From contig OY253675.1 in assembly GCA_958009085.1 (NCBI GenBank), forward strand, positions 806,001-870,000: a stretch of 64,000 bases of DNA, given 5' to 3'. The notes under the pieces were generated by a model. The model was not told the DNA's origin and ran no database searches. It worked only from the letters and a program-made list of their open reading frames with translations. The stretch's first letter is position 1. Each line of letters begins with the position of its first letter. Origin of the DNA: Protoeuglena noctilucae (taxonomy: Eukaryota). Below, in pieces: positions 49,596 through 62,496 of the stretch. The position numbers and the translations under genes are program-made.

Positions 49596-52500
49596 TCACC
49601 GAGCGGAGAAGGGCCTCAGAGCTGCAGCTTGCGTCGCACCGCGGCCGACCACGGCCAGCGCCGCTGCCGGGTCCTGGGCAGGCACGACGGCGCGCGCCCC
49701 GTGCGCCCGCGCGGACGTCACGCGCCGCGCCTCGGCGAGTTTCTTCAGGCGGTCCGTCCTCAGCGGAGATTTCGGCGCATGGCTCGCATCGCCCTCATCC
49801 CTGAGGTCCCTTGCCGCCATGGATGCCTCCTCTGCCCGGTCGGCCAACTGTATCCTGCGCAGCGCTCTCAAAGCCAGGTTGTCCGGCCCGACTGGCAGCA
49901 AGTGCAACTCGATGCATGCTCGAGCGAGTGCCACGCACGCCATGGCTCCTCACCTGACGGGGGACCCTAGCAGCACGTCGCTGGACATGCCGATCGGTGC
50001 GGCCGTGTCGGGTGCAGGGCCGCGGCCGGCGTGCGGGGACTTCGGGGGCGCGGGAGGGGGCCGCGCGGCGCCGGTGGCCGGGTGCGGGATGCGGGAGGGC
50101 GACGCGTGGGGTGTGCGTGTGCCTGACCCGACACCTTGCACGTGCATGGGCGGGGCGGCGCGGGACTGCGGTGCCTGCCGCGGCGTCGGCGTGGCGCTGG
50201 ACACCTCGCTGGCCATCCTCTCGAGCTTGACGGTCTTGGTCGCTTGCAGCCGCCTCAGGCGCGTGACGTCGAACTCAAAGAGAGGGTCCGCAGGGGTCCC
50301 CGCACGCTGGGTCGTACCCGTGTGGGTGCTGGGGAGGACACGCGGGCGGCAAGGCCTCAGTGTGTTTGTGAGGCATCTTATGCTCACGGTGTGACGGTGC
50401 ACAGGCGCGTCCAAGCGCCAGCTGCGGTGTCTGGCTCACCTGTCAGACCGATGGGAGCTCGCGGTGCCAGTGCGGTGCGTCAGGTAGGGGCTGCGGGGGT
50501 ACGAGAAGCGAGTTGGAGAAGATGAGAATGTCCGCGCGCAGTGTGCTTGCCCACAATCGTCTCGCCCAGCTGTCTGTGAGGTCTTGCATGCGCGCACGAG
50601 CACGTCATTCACGGGGTTGGCGTCTACCGAAACTCCCAAGCAGACAGAGCGGCAGAGGCGTCGCTAAGTAGGCCATCTGTGGGCCCAAGGTCACCTCAAG
50701 GATGGCGTCCTGGAAGGAGGGCGATCGTGGAGGCTAGCCTCGGAACCCTGCACGCGCACGCAGGGCAAGACTTGAACATTGGCACAGACACCCACTTATA
50801 CCGCCACGGTATGAGTATGGATACCGCAAAAACCAGTCTGCAGCTGCGCCTCACCTCCCCCATGGCCCACTGGCTCCTCGCTGAAGGGGGCGGGTGGCCG
50901 TACCCGTTGCCTGCACCCCCACGCATGCCAAGGCTCCCTGCGCACAGATCCGGGCATGGAAAGGGGCGACGATTGTAATGTGCGTCATTTGCTCGCCACC
51001 TTCATGCCACACTCGCCGGCCCCTGCCCATGCACTGTTGGTCGCGACTCACTATTCAGCCACCCTCATACCCACCCCTCACCAGCCTGCTCTGCCAGTCG
51101 ATCCATTTCATCCACGGACGTGTCCACATTGACGTCGCTCGTGTCCACTGCCAGGCCGCTCGACTCGCGCCGGCCGCGGTCACCCCGGCCCCCACGCGCC
51201 CCAAACACTGACTGGTCACCCCCCCGGGGCCCTTCCTCGGCCCTGGTGACGTCCGCCGTCGTCTCTAAAACTGTCCGCGTCAGGTCCGCGTCATGGAACT
51301 CTGCCGCATTGTAGCGACGGGGCACGGCGGGGCTGCGAGGGCTGCGAGTGAGGCGCAGAGGGTCGGGGCACGTGTGGGTGTGCTGCCTGGAGTGGTGACT
51401 GGCATAGAGGTGCGCAATGATGCAGTGACTACGCTGCAAGGGAGGTACTGGCACCCCACATGCCCCCACATCCAAATTCGCATGTGCGTCCAGCCTGGCC
51501 CACCTGGCAAAGTTGGAAGGGTGGATGGTCTGCCGCGCGGTGGCGGGACTGCCGACGGACGAGTCCCTCCGTTGACCCTGACCCTGACCCTGAACGCCCA
51601 CTGCGGACTTGTCTGTCCCGTCCTCATGCCAGGCCACCCGGGTCCCGCCTGCACGGCACGAAAGACGAGCCCCCGGTGGGATCAACGATGCAAAAGCCTT
51701 CCATGGCACCCCATCCCACCCCACGCCATCGACACAAGGAACCTAACCCCACGCCACTTGTTGCACCTCGCCCCATGTCTCTCGACCCGTCCTCGCCCCA
51801 CACGCCCCACCCCCCAGCATTCGTCCCCCCCTCGACCCTGCGCCTATCGCCCTTCACGCCATCCGCAGCCCCTCGACCCTCGGCCCTCCCGCCCTCCTGC
51901 CCCACCCCATGCGCCCGCGATGCCCGCAGCTCCGTAATGGCTCCTCGGAGCTCCGCAGCCAGGGCTCGGTTGGAAGCTCGCAAAGAGTCAGCTGCCCGTG
52001 CTCCCCGGTCGACTTCGGCCTGGGCCGCATCCACCGCCACCTGCTCCCGACGCAGCCGGCGCTTGAGCTCCCGGTTGGTGGCCTGCGTGGGTCAAAAGGG
52101 TGAGGCGGTCAAGGGCGCTGGATGTCACGCTGGGCTGCACTGGGTTGCACTGGGCGACATTTGTGCTAGCTCCACCAGGCCTCAGGCATAGGACAGCGAG
52201 TGCCCTTCCCCGCACCGTACGTGCTCACACATGCAATGCTGAACACCTCCAGTCACCTTGAAGTACGCGTTGTCCTTGCCCAGCATCTCCACCTGGTCCT
52301 TGTACAAGGCCAGCAGCTTCCTCAGATCGTCTACACGGAGCTTCCCCAGCCCATCTGAGGGGTCCTCACTGCAAAAAACACAGCGATGGCCGACGTGGCA
52401 GTGACTGACATGGCCTTCCATTGATGACAGCGAATGGGGCCATCCACAGCACCGACACCGCAGCATCCTCAGCACGGCGCCATTGCTGTGATGACCTCCG

Positions 52501-55500
52501 CTGCAGCCCCTGCCCTGGGTGTCACACACCTGACGCGGGGCGTGGCCGACCGATCCCTGGCCTCCGCCCCGACCTGACTCATGACCTGACGCAGGTGCTC
52601 CGCGTGCCGTGCCTTGGCCGCCTCCGCCTCACGTTTGTGCTCCGACTCACGGGCCTGGAGGGCCGCCCTGTGCAAGCAACGATACAGAAAGGTGAGGCGC
52701 TGTTAAGAGAAGGAGCAAGCAAGCGAGGGATGGGGGCGCGAGCGCAGCACGACCGGCACGTAGGTGCGGAACGTGCTGTGCTGTGCTGCTTGCGTCACCT
52801 GAGGTCCCTGGCCTCCTGCTGCGCCTCCGCCAGGCGAACCTCGAGGTCCAGGGTTCGATTCTCGGCGGCGCGGCCGGCCTCGAGCGCTTTCGCCTCCGCG
52901 GCCACGGTCGCGCGGACCAGGGGCTCCAGGAGGTCCGCGAACCCGGTGGCTTGCAGGCGAGACCTGGATTGCATTGCATAGGAAGATAGGGCATAAGCAG
53001 CGTCCATCTACACGACCTTTCCTCAACGACAGACGGTCAGACGACGAGGAAAGGCGAGCGACGCAATGTCAATGGGCAGCACTACTGCCCCACGCTCCTC
53101 TCATCTCACCTCAGCTCCTCTCCCGCCCGCTCCCTCACAGCCCCCCGCGCCCGCCCCTCCTCCTCCTCCCTCTCGAGCCACGCCGCCTCTGCCTTCAATG
53201 CATCCAAGCGGTCTTCCGTCTCCCTCAACGCTGCCTCGTCCTCGTCCGCCAGGAAGCGGCCCTCACGCAGCGCCGCCTGAGCCTCGGCACGCGCCGCTGC
53301 ATGGGTTGCGGGTCATGGCTGTTTGAGTGCTGGGGTAAGAGAGGCATCTAGATAGGCAGCAAGAGATACCAGGTCAGGGTGTCGCATGCAGGGTGATGGG
53401 AGGCAGAGGGCAAGGCAGAGACGAGGCAGCCGGTGCACGCTGGAGTTGGCATGAACAGGCACAGTTGATGCTTGAAGCGAATGCGTCGTCCCTCACCGAT
53501 GGCGTCTTCCTCCTGCGCCCGCAGTGCCGCCACCTCCACCTCAGCCACGGGATCCCCTGCCTCTGCAGACACGGCCAGTCATGCTTAAAGCATTCAACAG
53601 TTACACTGCACTCCTCCACTTGTCGCCCCTCTCCATACCCCATGGTCACCACCACGCGTACATCCACTCCGCCCCTCACCTGCCCTCCCTCGCATGCTCT
53701 CGGCCTCCTCCTCCAGCTCGGCCATCGCCTGACTCAGCTCCTGCACCTGGTCCTCCAGGGCCCGCTTGCGCCGCTCCCGCTTCAGCTGCAGCTCCAGCCG
53801 CGCCGCCCCGCACGCCAACAGCTCGGCTCTCACGGCGGCCAGGCGGTCGCGGGTCTGCTGCTGCGTGGCGGAGAGGCCCTGGGATGCGCTCGCCTCCGAT
53901 GCGGCCTCCCTGCGAGGATGAAAGCATGACTTATTGTCAGGATAACGAATCAGGAGAGTGCCGTCGCTGTTCATGGTCGCGTGCTGTGTGTGTGGGACCC
54001 ACCGCGCTCATAATCATAGCCGGCACGACAACCGCATCGACGCTCACCGCACCCAGAAGAGGAACTCCTCTGACGCCAGCAGCCCCGCAGCCACCGCCGT
54101 GCCCTGCTGCTTGGCCGTTAGCTGCGCACGCACCCCCGCCAGCTCCTCCCGCAGGCCCGCCTCCACCCTCTGCAACTGCGGGCCAATCAGAGCCGACGCG
54201 GCATGTGAATGAGTCGCATCTCCACGTTCCAGTTAGAAAGCACCACCAGCGCGCAGCTGTCAGCAACCTCGCAGTGCCAGAAAGCACCGAAAGGGAGGCG
54301 ACTGTGAGGGATGGCTGCCCCGTCCACAGTCCACAGTCGTGGCCAGACCATCCGTGCCGTGACGATGCATCGCCAGTCTACGCATGCAGTATCGATACTC
54401 GCCTGCGTGAGGTCAGCCTCGGCCGCAGCCAGCATCGCCTCGAGCTCTGCCACCCTGGCCGCGCCCTCCGTGGGCCCCGCCCCCAGCGCCGACTCCCCCA
54501 GGCCCGTGTCGGCCTCAGAGAGCGGTGCAAGAACCACCGAGTCGTCGTCCATGGCGCCCTTGGTCGCGGGCTTCGAAGTCCCCTTGCTGGCCACACTTGC
54601 ACCTCCCATGCCAGTGGCCCCCGCTTTGTCGGGCGTGGCTGAGACCACTGACTCCAGCGCCCTGCAGTTCATGAATCCAACGACATCAGGATGAAGATCG
54701 GAATGGGAGAGATCCTGTCTGCCACCCACCCTCAGGGTGATACTCAGGGTCATTACCCTTAAACCCCATCCGCCCTCACCTGACGCGCTCCCTGAGGACC
54801 TCATTCTCCTTGCTCATCCTCTTGGCCGCCTTCTTGACTGCCTTGAAGTCCCTCATTTTCTCCGCAAAGATCGCCTCGTCGCGCTCCAGGTCCTCCACCG
54901 CCTCCTGGAGACGAGCCTGGGTGTCACGCAGCTGCAGAGCGAGGGCGGCGGGGCGCAAATCGTCAATGCAACCATCAACGCTGTCAGCATCGATGAACAA
55001 TACGTCATGGGGACATCATGGTGGATATGGCGAGCTGGTGGGCAGGGTGTGCTTGGTTCAGGATGTCGAGAGAGGCCACGGGTGTCAGGGTGCTGCTTGC
55101 GTGCCTTGCACGCTGGGCCTGCCGCTGGGCAAACACCCCATCCTGCCCTGCACCCCGCCCACTCACCTGGTTGTCCTTCACAGCCACCAACTCCTGCAGG
55201 TCCTCCACCGTCAGGTTTGCCCCGTCCCCGGGCCCTGCGTGCATGGCTTGCGAGGCTACCGTCAGGCGACTGTTCTACACACGAGTAGTCGAAAGGTGCA
55301 ACCATGCCTGAGGTCCAGTCGTCTTAGCTTTGTCTTGCAGCGCGGTGCAAGAGACCCCGCTCTAGCTGCCAAGCCCACCCTTCCTGCCACCCACTAATGC
55401 CCGGTGCCTCGTCCCACCCACCTGCGGCGCTCTTGGCCAGCCTGGCCAGGTCCCCGCTCGCCATCGCCCGGCTCCACCGCATCCCCTGCAGGTGCTGCAG

Positions 55501-58273
55501 CCGCGCAAGGGCCGTCCGGGGCCGCTCGTCGCCATCACCTGCCGGCACTGCCGAACCCACCGCCACGGCCGTCAGAGCCGCGGGGGTGCCTGGGACCTGC
55601 CCCCCTGCAAAACCACAACAAGTGCACGCTCATAACACATTGTTTGTCAGCAGAGCTGGCGCTGCAGCACTCCAGGCAAACACCCAGCCCCCTGGTTCGG
55701 GTCATGCATGACGCCACCCCCACGTTCCCCTCACCGTCATCCAGCGCCCCCTCGTGGCCCTCCCGCGCCGCGCGAGCCAGGCGCGCGCGCAGCACGTCGT
55801 TCTCCGCTCTGAGGCGGTTGACGTCACCCACCAGCGCCGCCGCGTCGCGCCGCGTTCGCTCGAGGTCCGCCCGCGCTCTCTCCAGCTCCTCCCCCATCGC
55901 AGCCACGTCGGGGGGCATCGGGGTCCCTTGGCCGGCCACCGGGGTGCCCAGCTGCAGGGGCCGCAGCGGCGTGGGTTCCCCGCCCGCCCCATCGCCCGGT
56001 GAAGGGGACGGCTGTGAGGTGGACGGCTGGGCGGACGAAGGGGAAGGGGACGCGCGGATGTGTTCGATGATGAGCTCGGCCATCTCCGGGCCCAGGGCAC
56101 TGTATAGCGCATCGGGCGGGGGGTGTTTCAAAGGGTCCTGCCAGGCAGAAGGGAAAGGAAGAGCTTCAGTGACGACACCCAGTCGGTTCTCTCGAGCACT
56201 GACAAGTGATGGAAGCCCCATGCAATCTTACCTGCAGGTGCTTCCTCAGTGCGTCGATCTCCGCTGCGTGCGCGTGGCCCTGGATCTGCGCGATGGCGTC
56301 CGCGACACTCTCCCGGTTGGCCTCGACCCTGTTGCGTATGCGCATGGCCCGGGCCGCGTACTTGAGGGTGCTGAGGGTCTCCTCCATGCTCCCGTCCGTT
56401 ACGCTGACGCACGCGACCATGACCGTGCGCGAGTTGCCGCCCAGGCTGTCCTGCAGCAGCCGCGTGAGCTTGGACTGACGGTAGGGCACGTGAGCACCCT
56501 GGCTGCGTGCGGACCGCCGCCCGTACCGCGCGTCCCCCGACAGCGCGGAGATGACGTTGCCGAGCGCCAGGAGGCCCTGGTTGATCGCCACGGACTCCCG
56601 GAAACGGCTGCCCACGGCGCCTGTCTTCTTCTGACGCTCGGACCCCGCAAGGTCCACCAGGTGCATCTGCGGTGCGGCAGGCGAAGGAGGTGACGCGACA
56701 GCGAGACACGCGGCGCTGCTCTGTGCGACTGCGCCGCTCCCGCGCACCTTCCCCACCACCACCTCGCCCCCGCCCCTCTCGGTCCGCTCCACCAGGACAG
56801 TCAAGATGGCGTGGCTGCGACTCGAGTGCACGTTCATGTTTGTCGCTCCCGTTGTCCTCGCGACCGTGCCCTCTTCCAGAATCCTCGCCAAGTCGTCCTC
56901 ACTCTTGGCAACGCGCGTGGCAGCCCCCGACACCACCACCCGGCCCTGAGAGCCAGAAAAGGTGCCACGGGTCGCTCTGAGCCGCTCCGCACATGTCATG
57001 CATACCATGGGAAGACGCTGTGTTGAAAGTACCATTCCCAGGCAGGGATGACCAGCAGCGATGACTTCATCAGCAGGCAAGTGGCACATGATGTGCCACT
57101 GGCTCACCGAGGGCCCCTCGCGAATGGCGACGTCCCTGGCCGAGGTCGCCGGACTCAGCAAATCGCGGACTTCCTCGTTGTATATCTCCAGGAACTGACA
57201 GCGCACAGACACTGCGTGGGCAAGGGGCTGGGCCCACCGCTGTCAGCGACATGGGGCGCTCACAGAGCTACAGAAAAGCCATGCGACTTGAGGACACAAG
57301 AGTTGGCGTAAAGCAGCTCGGTACGAGCCTGGCGCTTGGCTTGGCCACTGAGTGACCCTAGCACCAAGGTGTCACCTCGGGAGGACCGGTGGGCGGCCTG
57401 GTGATCGTGGATGGCAGCGAAGAGGTCCTGAACCACTCGGGGCACGATACCCTGTTCCACGCCCTCGCCCCAGCCGGTGCTCGAGCCAATACCCATCGTG
57501 TAGGTCTTGCCTGGGGAAGATAGGGCCACACACATGGCAGCTGCGTGGGCAGGCTGCGTCGCGGGGGCGCGCAAATCAAAGCCTGGGCACGCACCTGAGC
57601 CTGTCTGGCCGTAGGCGAAGACGGTCGCATTGTACCCATCGAGGAGACCCTTGACAAGCGACCTGCAGATGCAGCGAGGCGCTTGACAAGTCACCCAGGA
57701 CGTTTCGGCCCAGCCTGCGCCCGGAAGCCACAGCAACTGGACAGCACTGTAAGTAGGCACAATGGCAGGATCGCTCGCCTCACGGACAGCTTGTGGTACA
57801 CGTCGCCTTGCGAGGCCTCCGGTCCTAGCACGCAGGTGTAGCTGAAGAGCCGATCTGCGCCGACCAGGACCTCCTTGCGGACCGAGTCAGCAACTACGCA
57901 GGATCGGGAGCCTTCCGCGCGCTCCTTGGCCAGGAGCGGGCGCGCTCGGACCGCAACTGTGACTGCGACCTCCTTGCCGCGAGCCACCTGCGCGACCAGG
58001 GGACCCGGATGCCTTTTTCACACGCCAACAACTGCTTCAAATATCAAATTATCCTTCGCATTCACGGCAATCGCAGCTGAGACGCGGCGGCGGCACACTG
58101 CGGGCATGTCCGTGCCCCTTCGAATGTCGCGTCTGCCCTCGCCGCCGGCAGAGAGCGGATGTCACCTCTGCCTCCTCCGGTACCTCCACCCATGTTGGTT
58201 CGGCGCTCTCTTGCGGAGAGGGGCTCGGCGGCAGCGAGGATAGCTCCTCAGGGATCGCGAGGAGGTCGGCCAT
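49596..58273 (-). CDS. Kinesin-4 (KIF4/KIF7/KIF27-like) motor with long coiled-coil tail (many exons; tail structure approximate)
   Basis: [69 protein letters not shown] and HVPYRQSKLTRLLQDSLGGNS; downstream coiled-coil exons on the same strand. Confidence 0.82.
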
Positions 58274-58597
58274 CGACGTGCTGGGCGTCAGCACACCCGG
58301 GCGGGCTCAGCAGGCGGAATCGGAGCACGCATTGCCCACCATACAGCTCCCCAATCAAACAGCCGGAATCACAAGTGCACTGCTTGCTTCCAGCACCCCA
58401 TCTAGCCCCTTGCAAATTGCACAGGCAGCCTGCGAGTGAGCAGCGACTCCTTCAACGCAATCACTACCGATACATTTTTTTTTTGCCAATGAGGATTCAA
58501 AGATATGTCGAACACCACAGAGTCTGCCACTACAGTTTCAGCGAGTGGTGAGGGCGCGGGTAATGGTGCAGCACACGCGTTGCCACTTCCGCGTCCC

Positions 58598-61500
58598 TCA
58601 GCTCTTCTTCACGTACTTGCCCCCCTCCAACGCCAACTTGCCGTCCGTCACAAGCGCTCCCAGGAATTCACTGTGGAAGCGAGACAGGGCGCGACCTCAT
58701 GAGTTACACTCGAGAAAGAGACGAGGAATGCGAAGCTGCAGCGTGTGAAGTAGGGCACCTGAGGTCCTGCTCGGTCGCCGTGTAGCTGCCATCGATGACA
58801 AACATACTGAGCATGTTGTGGATGCGGCTCAGGGGCAGCCCGTCGTCGAAGTTGGTCAGCATGCCCATGATGTACTGCTCGTGCATCGCCATCTTCTGGG
58901 CCTTGTCCTCCTGAGCCGACTGCGGCGAGGGAAGGGAACGCTTCATGAGCTTCGATCGAACGCACCAGGTCGCTTCTGCTGGCAGGGTTCGCCTTTCGTG
59001 CTTTGCAGTGGACACCCGCTCCCTCATGAGGGACAGACCGCCCCACGCCTCACCGCCAAGCCGCCGGCAGCTTCTGCCGCGTCATCGTCATCGTCCCAAG
59101 CGCCACCCCTCTTCTCTAGCGTCTGCGCGCGAGTGTACACCGTCCCCGCCCCCGTCACCGCCTCCGTCACGACCCCCTGGGACACCCAGTACGCGATTCG
59201 CTTCTGCAGGACCGCCTCAGGCACGCCGCACGTCTCGGCCAGGGCGCCCAGCGGCCACGATTCCCGCTCCTGGAAATGGCAGACGATGGCCGCGAGTCCG
59301 GGCGTGACGTCGAACTCCTTCGTGACCCCGTCCACCTCGATCTCTGCGCGGCCAACACACAGCTCGTCTCGCACGCTGCTGCCAACGCCCATCTGCCCGG
59401 ACAACATACGGCCGACACAGCGAACCACGCGGTGGCCCTGTCGGCAGGAACACAAGGATGCGAGAGCAGCCAGGTACGGCGCTTGCCTAGGTTGACGCTG
59501 CCGGCCGTCTTGAGCCACATGAGTTTCCGCGGCTTCTTAAAGTTCTCGAACGCCTCGGTGTACGACTGGACGGCCGTCTCCACGTCGGCCGGCAGCCTGG
59601 CGTCCTCCTGCGTGCAACCATCCACGCTCACCCATAGCCGGCTGGCTGGCTGGCTGTAACATTGTGTCGAAACAAGCACTGGCGCACCGACCTGCAGGAG
59701 CGTGGGCCAGTACTCGTGCGAGATGACGAGGGTGCCGAACCAGTCCGAATGGCACCGCAGCGCCGTCGCCAGTCGCTTCGAGTCTGAGATGTCTTTCAGC
59801 ATGACCTCGCAGAAGTGCATCATGCGCTCGTCCTCGAAACGCATCTTGAGAAGCTCGAGGGTCCGGATGTCGCGCTCCACCTGGGCACAACGCGGCCGGT
59901 GCAGAGTGTCTGACTGTGATGCCGACAATCGCGCTTAGCCACCCAGCGGCACTCGCCTCGAAGCCGTGCCGCGAGAGGAGGCGGCTGGCCAGCAGCGAGC
60001 GATACTCCTCCAGGAACTGCTCCCGGTTGCCGTAGATCCCCACCAGGTACGTCAACAAGTCGCGTGAGTCACGGCTGCCCTCGGGCGGGGGTGGCACCCA
60101 CGAGGACGCCGCATGCAGAACCTGCAGAAAAAATGGCGATCACAAGGCTCTCATGCACTTGCCATTCCGACCACGCTCGCAAGGAATCAACGCAGATGCC
60201 CCTGTGCGGCTCGCAAACAGGGGCGGGGCAGCCAGCTACCTCGGCATCGGCGTCGGCGTCGTCCCCGTCGCTGTCCACGGCTTCCATCCTCGTCAGCTCC
60301 TCTTGCAGCGAGTCCAGCCCCTCTCCCTCGCTGGCGTCGCCCGTGAGCATCGACACGAGGCAGCGGATGGTGTCAGACCGACTGTTTCGCAGGTAGGCAC
60401 GGACGGGCGCCCCAGCGTGCTCCAGCACTGCGCCCGTCGGGTCCAGCTCCCGCAGCACGCGCACCACACCGACGTACTGCTCTGCGAGGGGGTGGAGAGG
60501 CGGGCCACCTTGGCGGGCGGAGGCAAGCAGCGGTAGCAATGATCGAGCAGCGCGTTGCCGGCGAGTCCCCACGCACCGATGATGGTGGGGGTGTCTGCGG
60601 CGGGGACCAGCAGCCGCGCCTTGAGCTGCTGACGGAGCTCGTTCGCCAGCGTCCGCTTGTGGAGGCTGTACACCATGCACGCCTTCATGTCTTGGATGGC
60701 TGGGGCCGTGTCGGGCAGGGACTTGATGATGTCGAATATCTGCTTGATGCGCATCTGGAGCAGCGAGTCGTAGACCGTGACATCGATCCTGCGGCCGAGC
60801 AGAGCGCCCCGACTCGTGCGTGGTCCACTGCATCATTTGTTGCCCACCTAAGCCGTGAAACGAGCGCATCGACCACGCACTTACTTGCTCATCCACGCGT
60901 CCAGCACACGCGTGTCGCGCTTGAATGCCGCGCTGCGAGACTGCCTCAGCCGGCCCTCCGCAGCGTGCCCCAGCGCGGCTGCCAGGAAGGGCTGGACCAC
61001 GAGTCGATTGTACTGCTGCAGTGCCGTCAGGCAGGGGGACTCCCACGCATCCTCCAGCGAGAGCACTCGCGCTCTGCATGACGGGCAAGGTCATGCAACT
61101 CAGCCCACAGCAAAGCGAGGCGCTTTCCGGGGACATGCCGTGCCGGGCACGCATCGATGAAGAGCTCACGCTAAGGTGAGTTAAGTAGCGGCAAGCATGG
61201 TGGTGCAGTAAGGCCCTCGTTCGGCAGAGAGGGCCCCACACCAGGTACACTCCCTTCCAGGGCGGGGCAGCAGTCGCACGCACCGCACATGGTCGAGCAC
61301 CGCAGCGGAAAGAGCTGTGCGCGCCTCTGCCGCCAGCCCCAGCGCTGAGAGGGCGACCATCAAGGCAGCCAACGACTCCTCCCCGGCACGGCCCAATGAG
61401 TTCACCATAGAAATCCTGCGCAAGAGGAAGCACATTACGCACGATTGCACTGCGAGGATATGCCCAGTGCAGTGAGGGGGCGCTTTCAAAGCCAAGGCGC

Positions 61501-62294
61501 ACCCGATGTTCATTAAAGTGTCCGTTGGCTCGCGGAACAGGAGCAGGGGAGCGTCTGCCGCCGCCGAATCGTCCCCATGAGCATCCAAGGCGACCTGCAG
61601 ACTCGTTGAGAACACGATGCTGTCAGCAAGCGACGCACGGCTAGAATATCGCGCCAGGAGACGCGGAGAGAGACCACACCTCGACCGCGCAGGCGTGCAG
61701 GGCTCTTAGCGTGAGCACGTAGAGGCCGCGCACGATGCCGATGACGTCCACCGCGCAGCAGGCTATTGATGCAGCGACCGCCGTGGTGAACCTGTACTCC
61801 GCGAGCGCGACATGACCCCGGGACGCCTTGTCCTGCGTCGAGCACGTCCCCTCGCGAATCGCGGCAGGCTTCCACGACACCGTGCACACGACATGCACGC
61901 TATCTGTGTGCTATCATCACAGCAGCCCACGCTCGCCCCTCACGACTCCGTGACTCGGCAGGGCCTCGGCCAGAAGTCCCTCGACAGCTTGTTGCACCTC
62001 CACCAGGGCGCCAGCAACGCCTGCGATTCTCCGGCCCAGATCATCCGGTGCGTCAACACCTGAGTGCTCCAACACCGATGCAGCCCACTGGTGTTCCCGC
62101 AGAGCACCCGCAAAGCGGGGCAGCGTGCTGGCCTGCGCGTGTGCAGTGAGCGCTGGCCATCTTCCACACATCCGATGGCAATGAGCCGGTCGCGAATGGC
62201 GGCCAGATGCATCCTTGCTTGTCACAAGCAAGGATTCGCATCGGCTCGCCTGGAAGAGCGAGAGGACCCGCGCCGTGTCGACCTCTTCCTCCAT
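58598..62294 (-). CDS. APC2: Anaphase-promoting complex subunit 2 (cullin-like, multi-exon; start approximate)
   Basis: MRIKQIFDII, RLLVPAADTPTII, LRELDPTG, YLVGIYGNREQFLEEYRSLLASRLL, IRTLELLKMRF, CEVMLKDISDSKR, YIMGMLTNF and RIHNMLSMF. Confidence 0.92.
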
Positions 62295-62496
62295 CCCCAC
62301 GCCCTCCCCCCATCCGATGGCCGCCGGGACCGACGCTGACGGATATGGGAGGCAGGAACCAAGGACAACGGAGGACGGCCGAAGAGTTCGCTGGCACTCG
62401 TGAGTGCCAGCGACTCACTGGCTGTCCATCCTCGGTCGATGGCGGCGCGATGGGCAATCAGTTCGCGTGGACATGGATTGAATCGGGCGATGGGGC

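Noticed and set aside
51571..51594. (ACCCTG)3 telomere-like repeat
   Set aside because: Only three units, and they encode QGQGQG in a probable kinesin exon.
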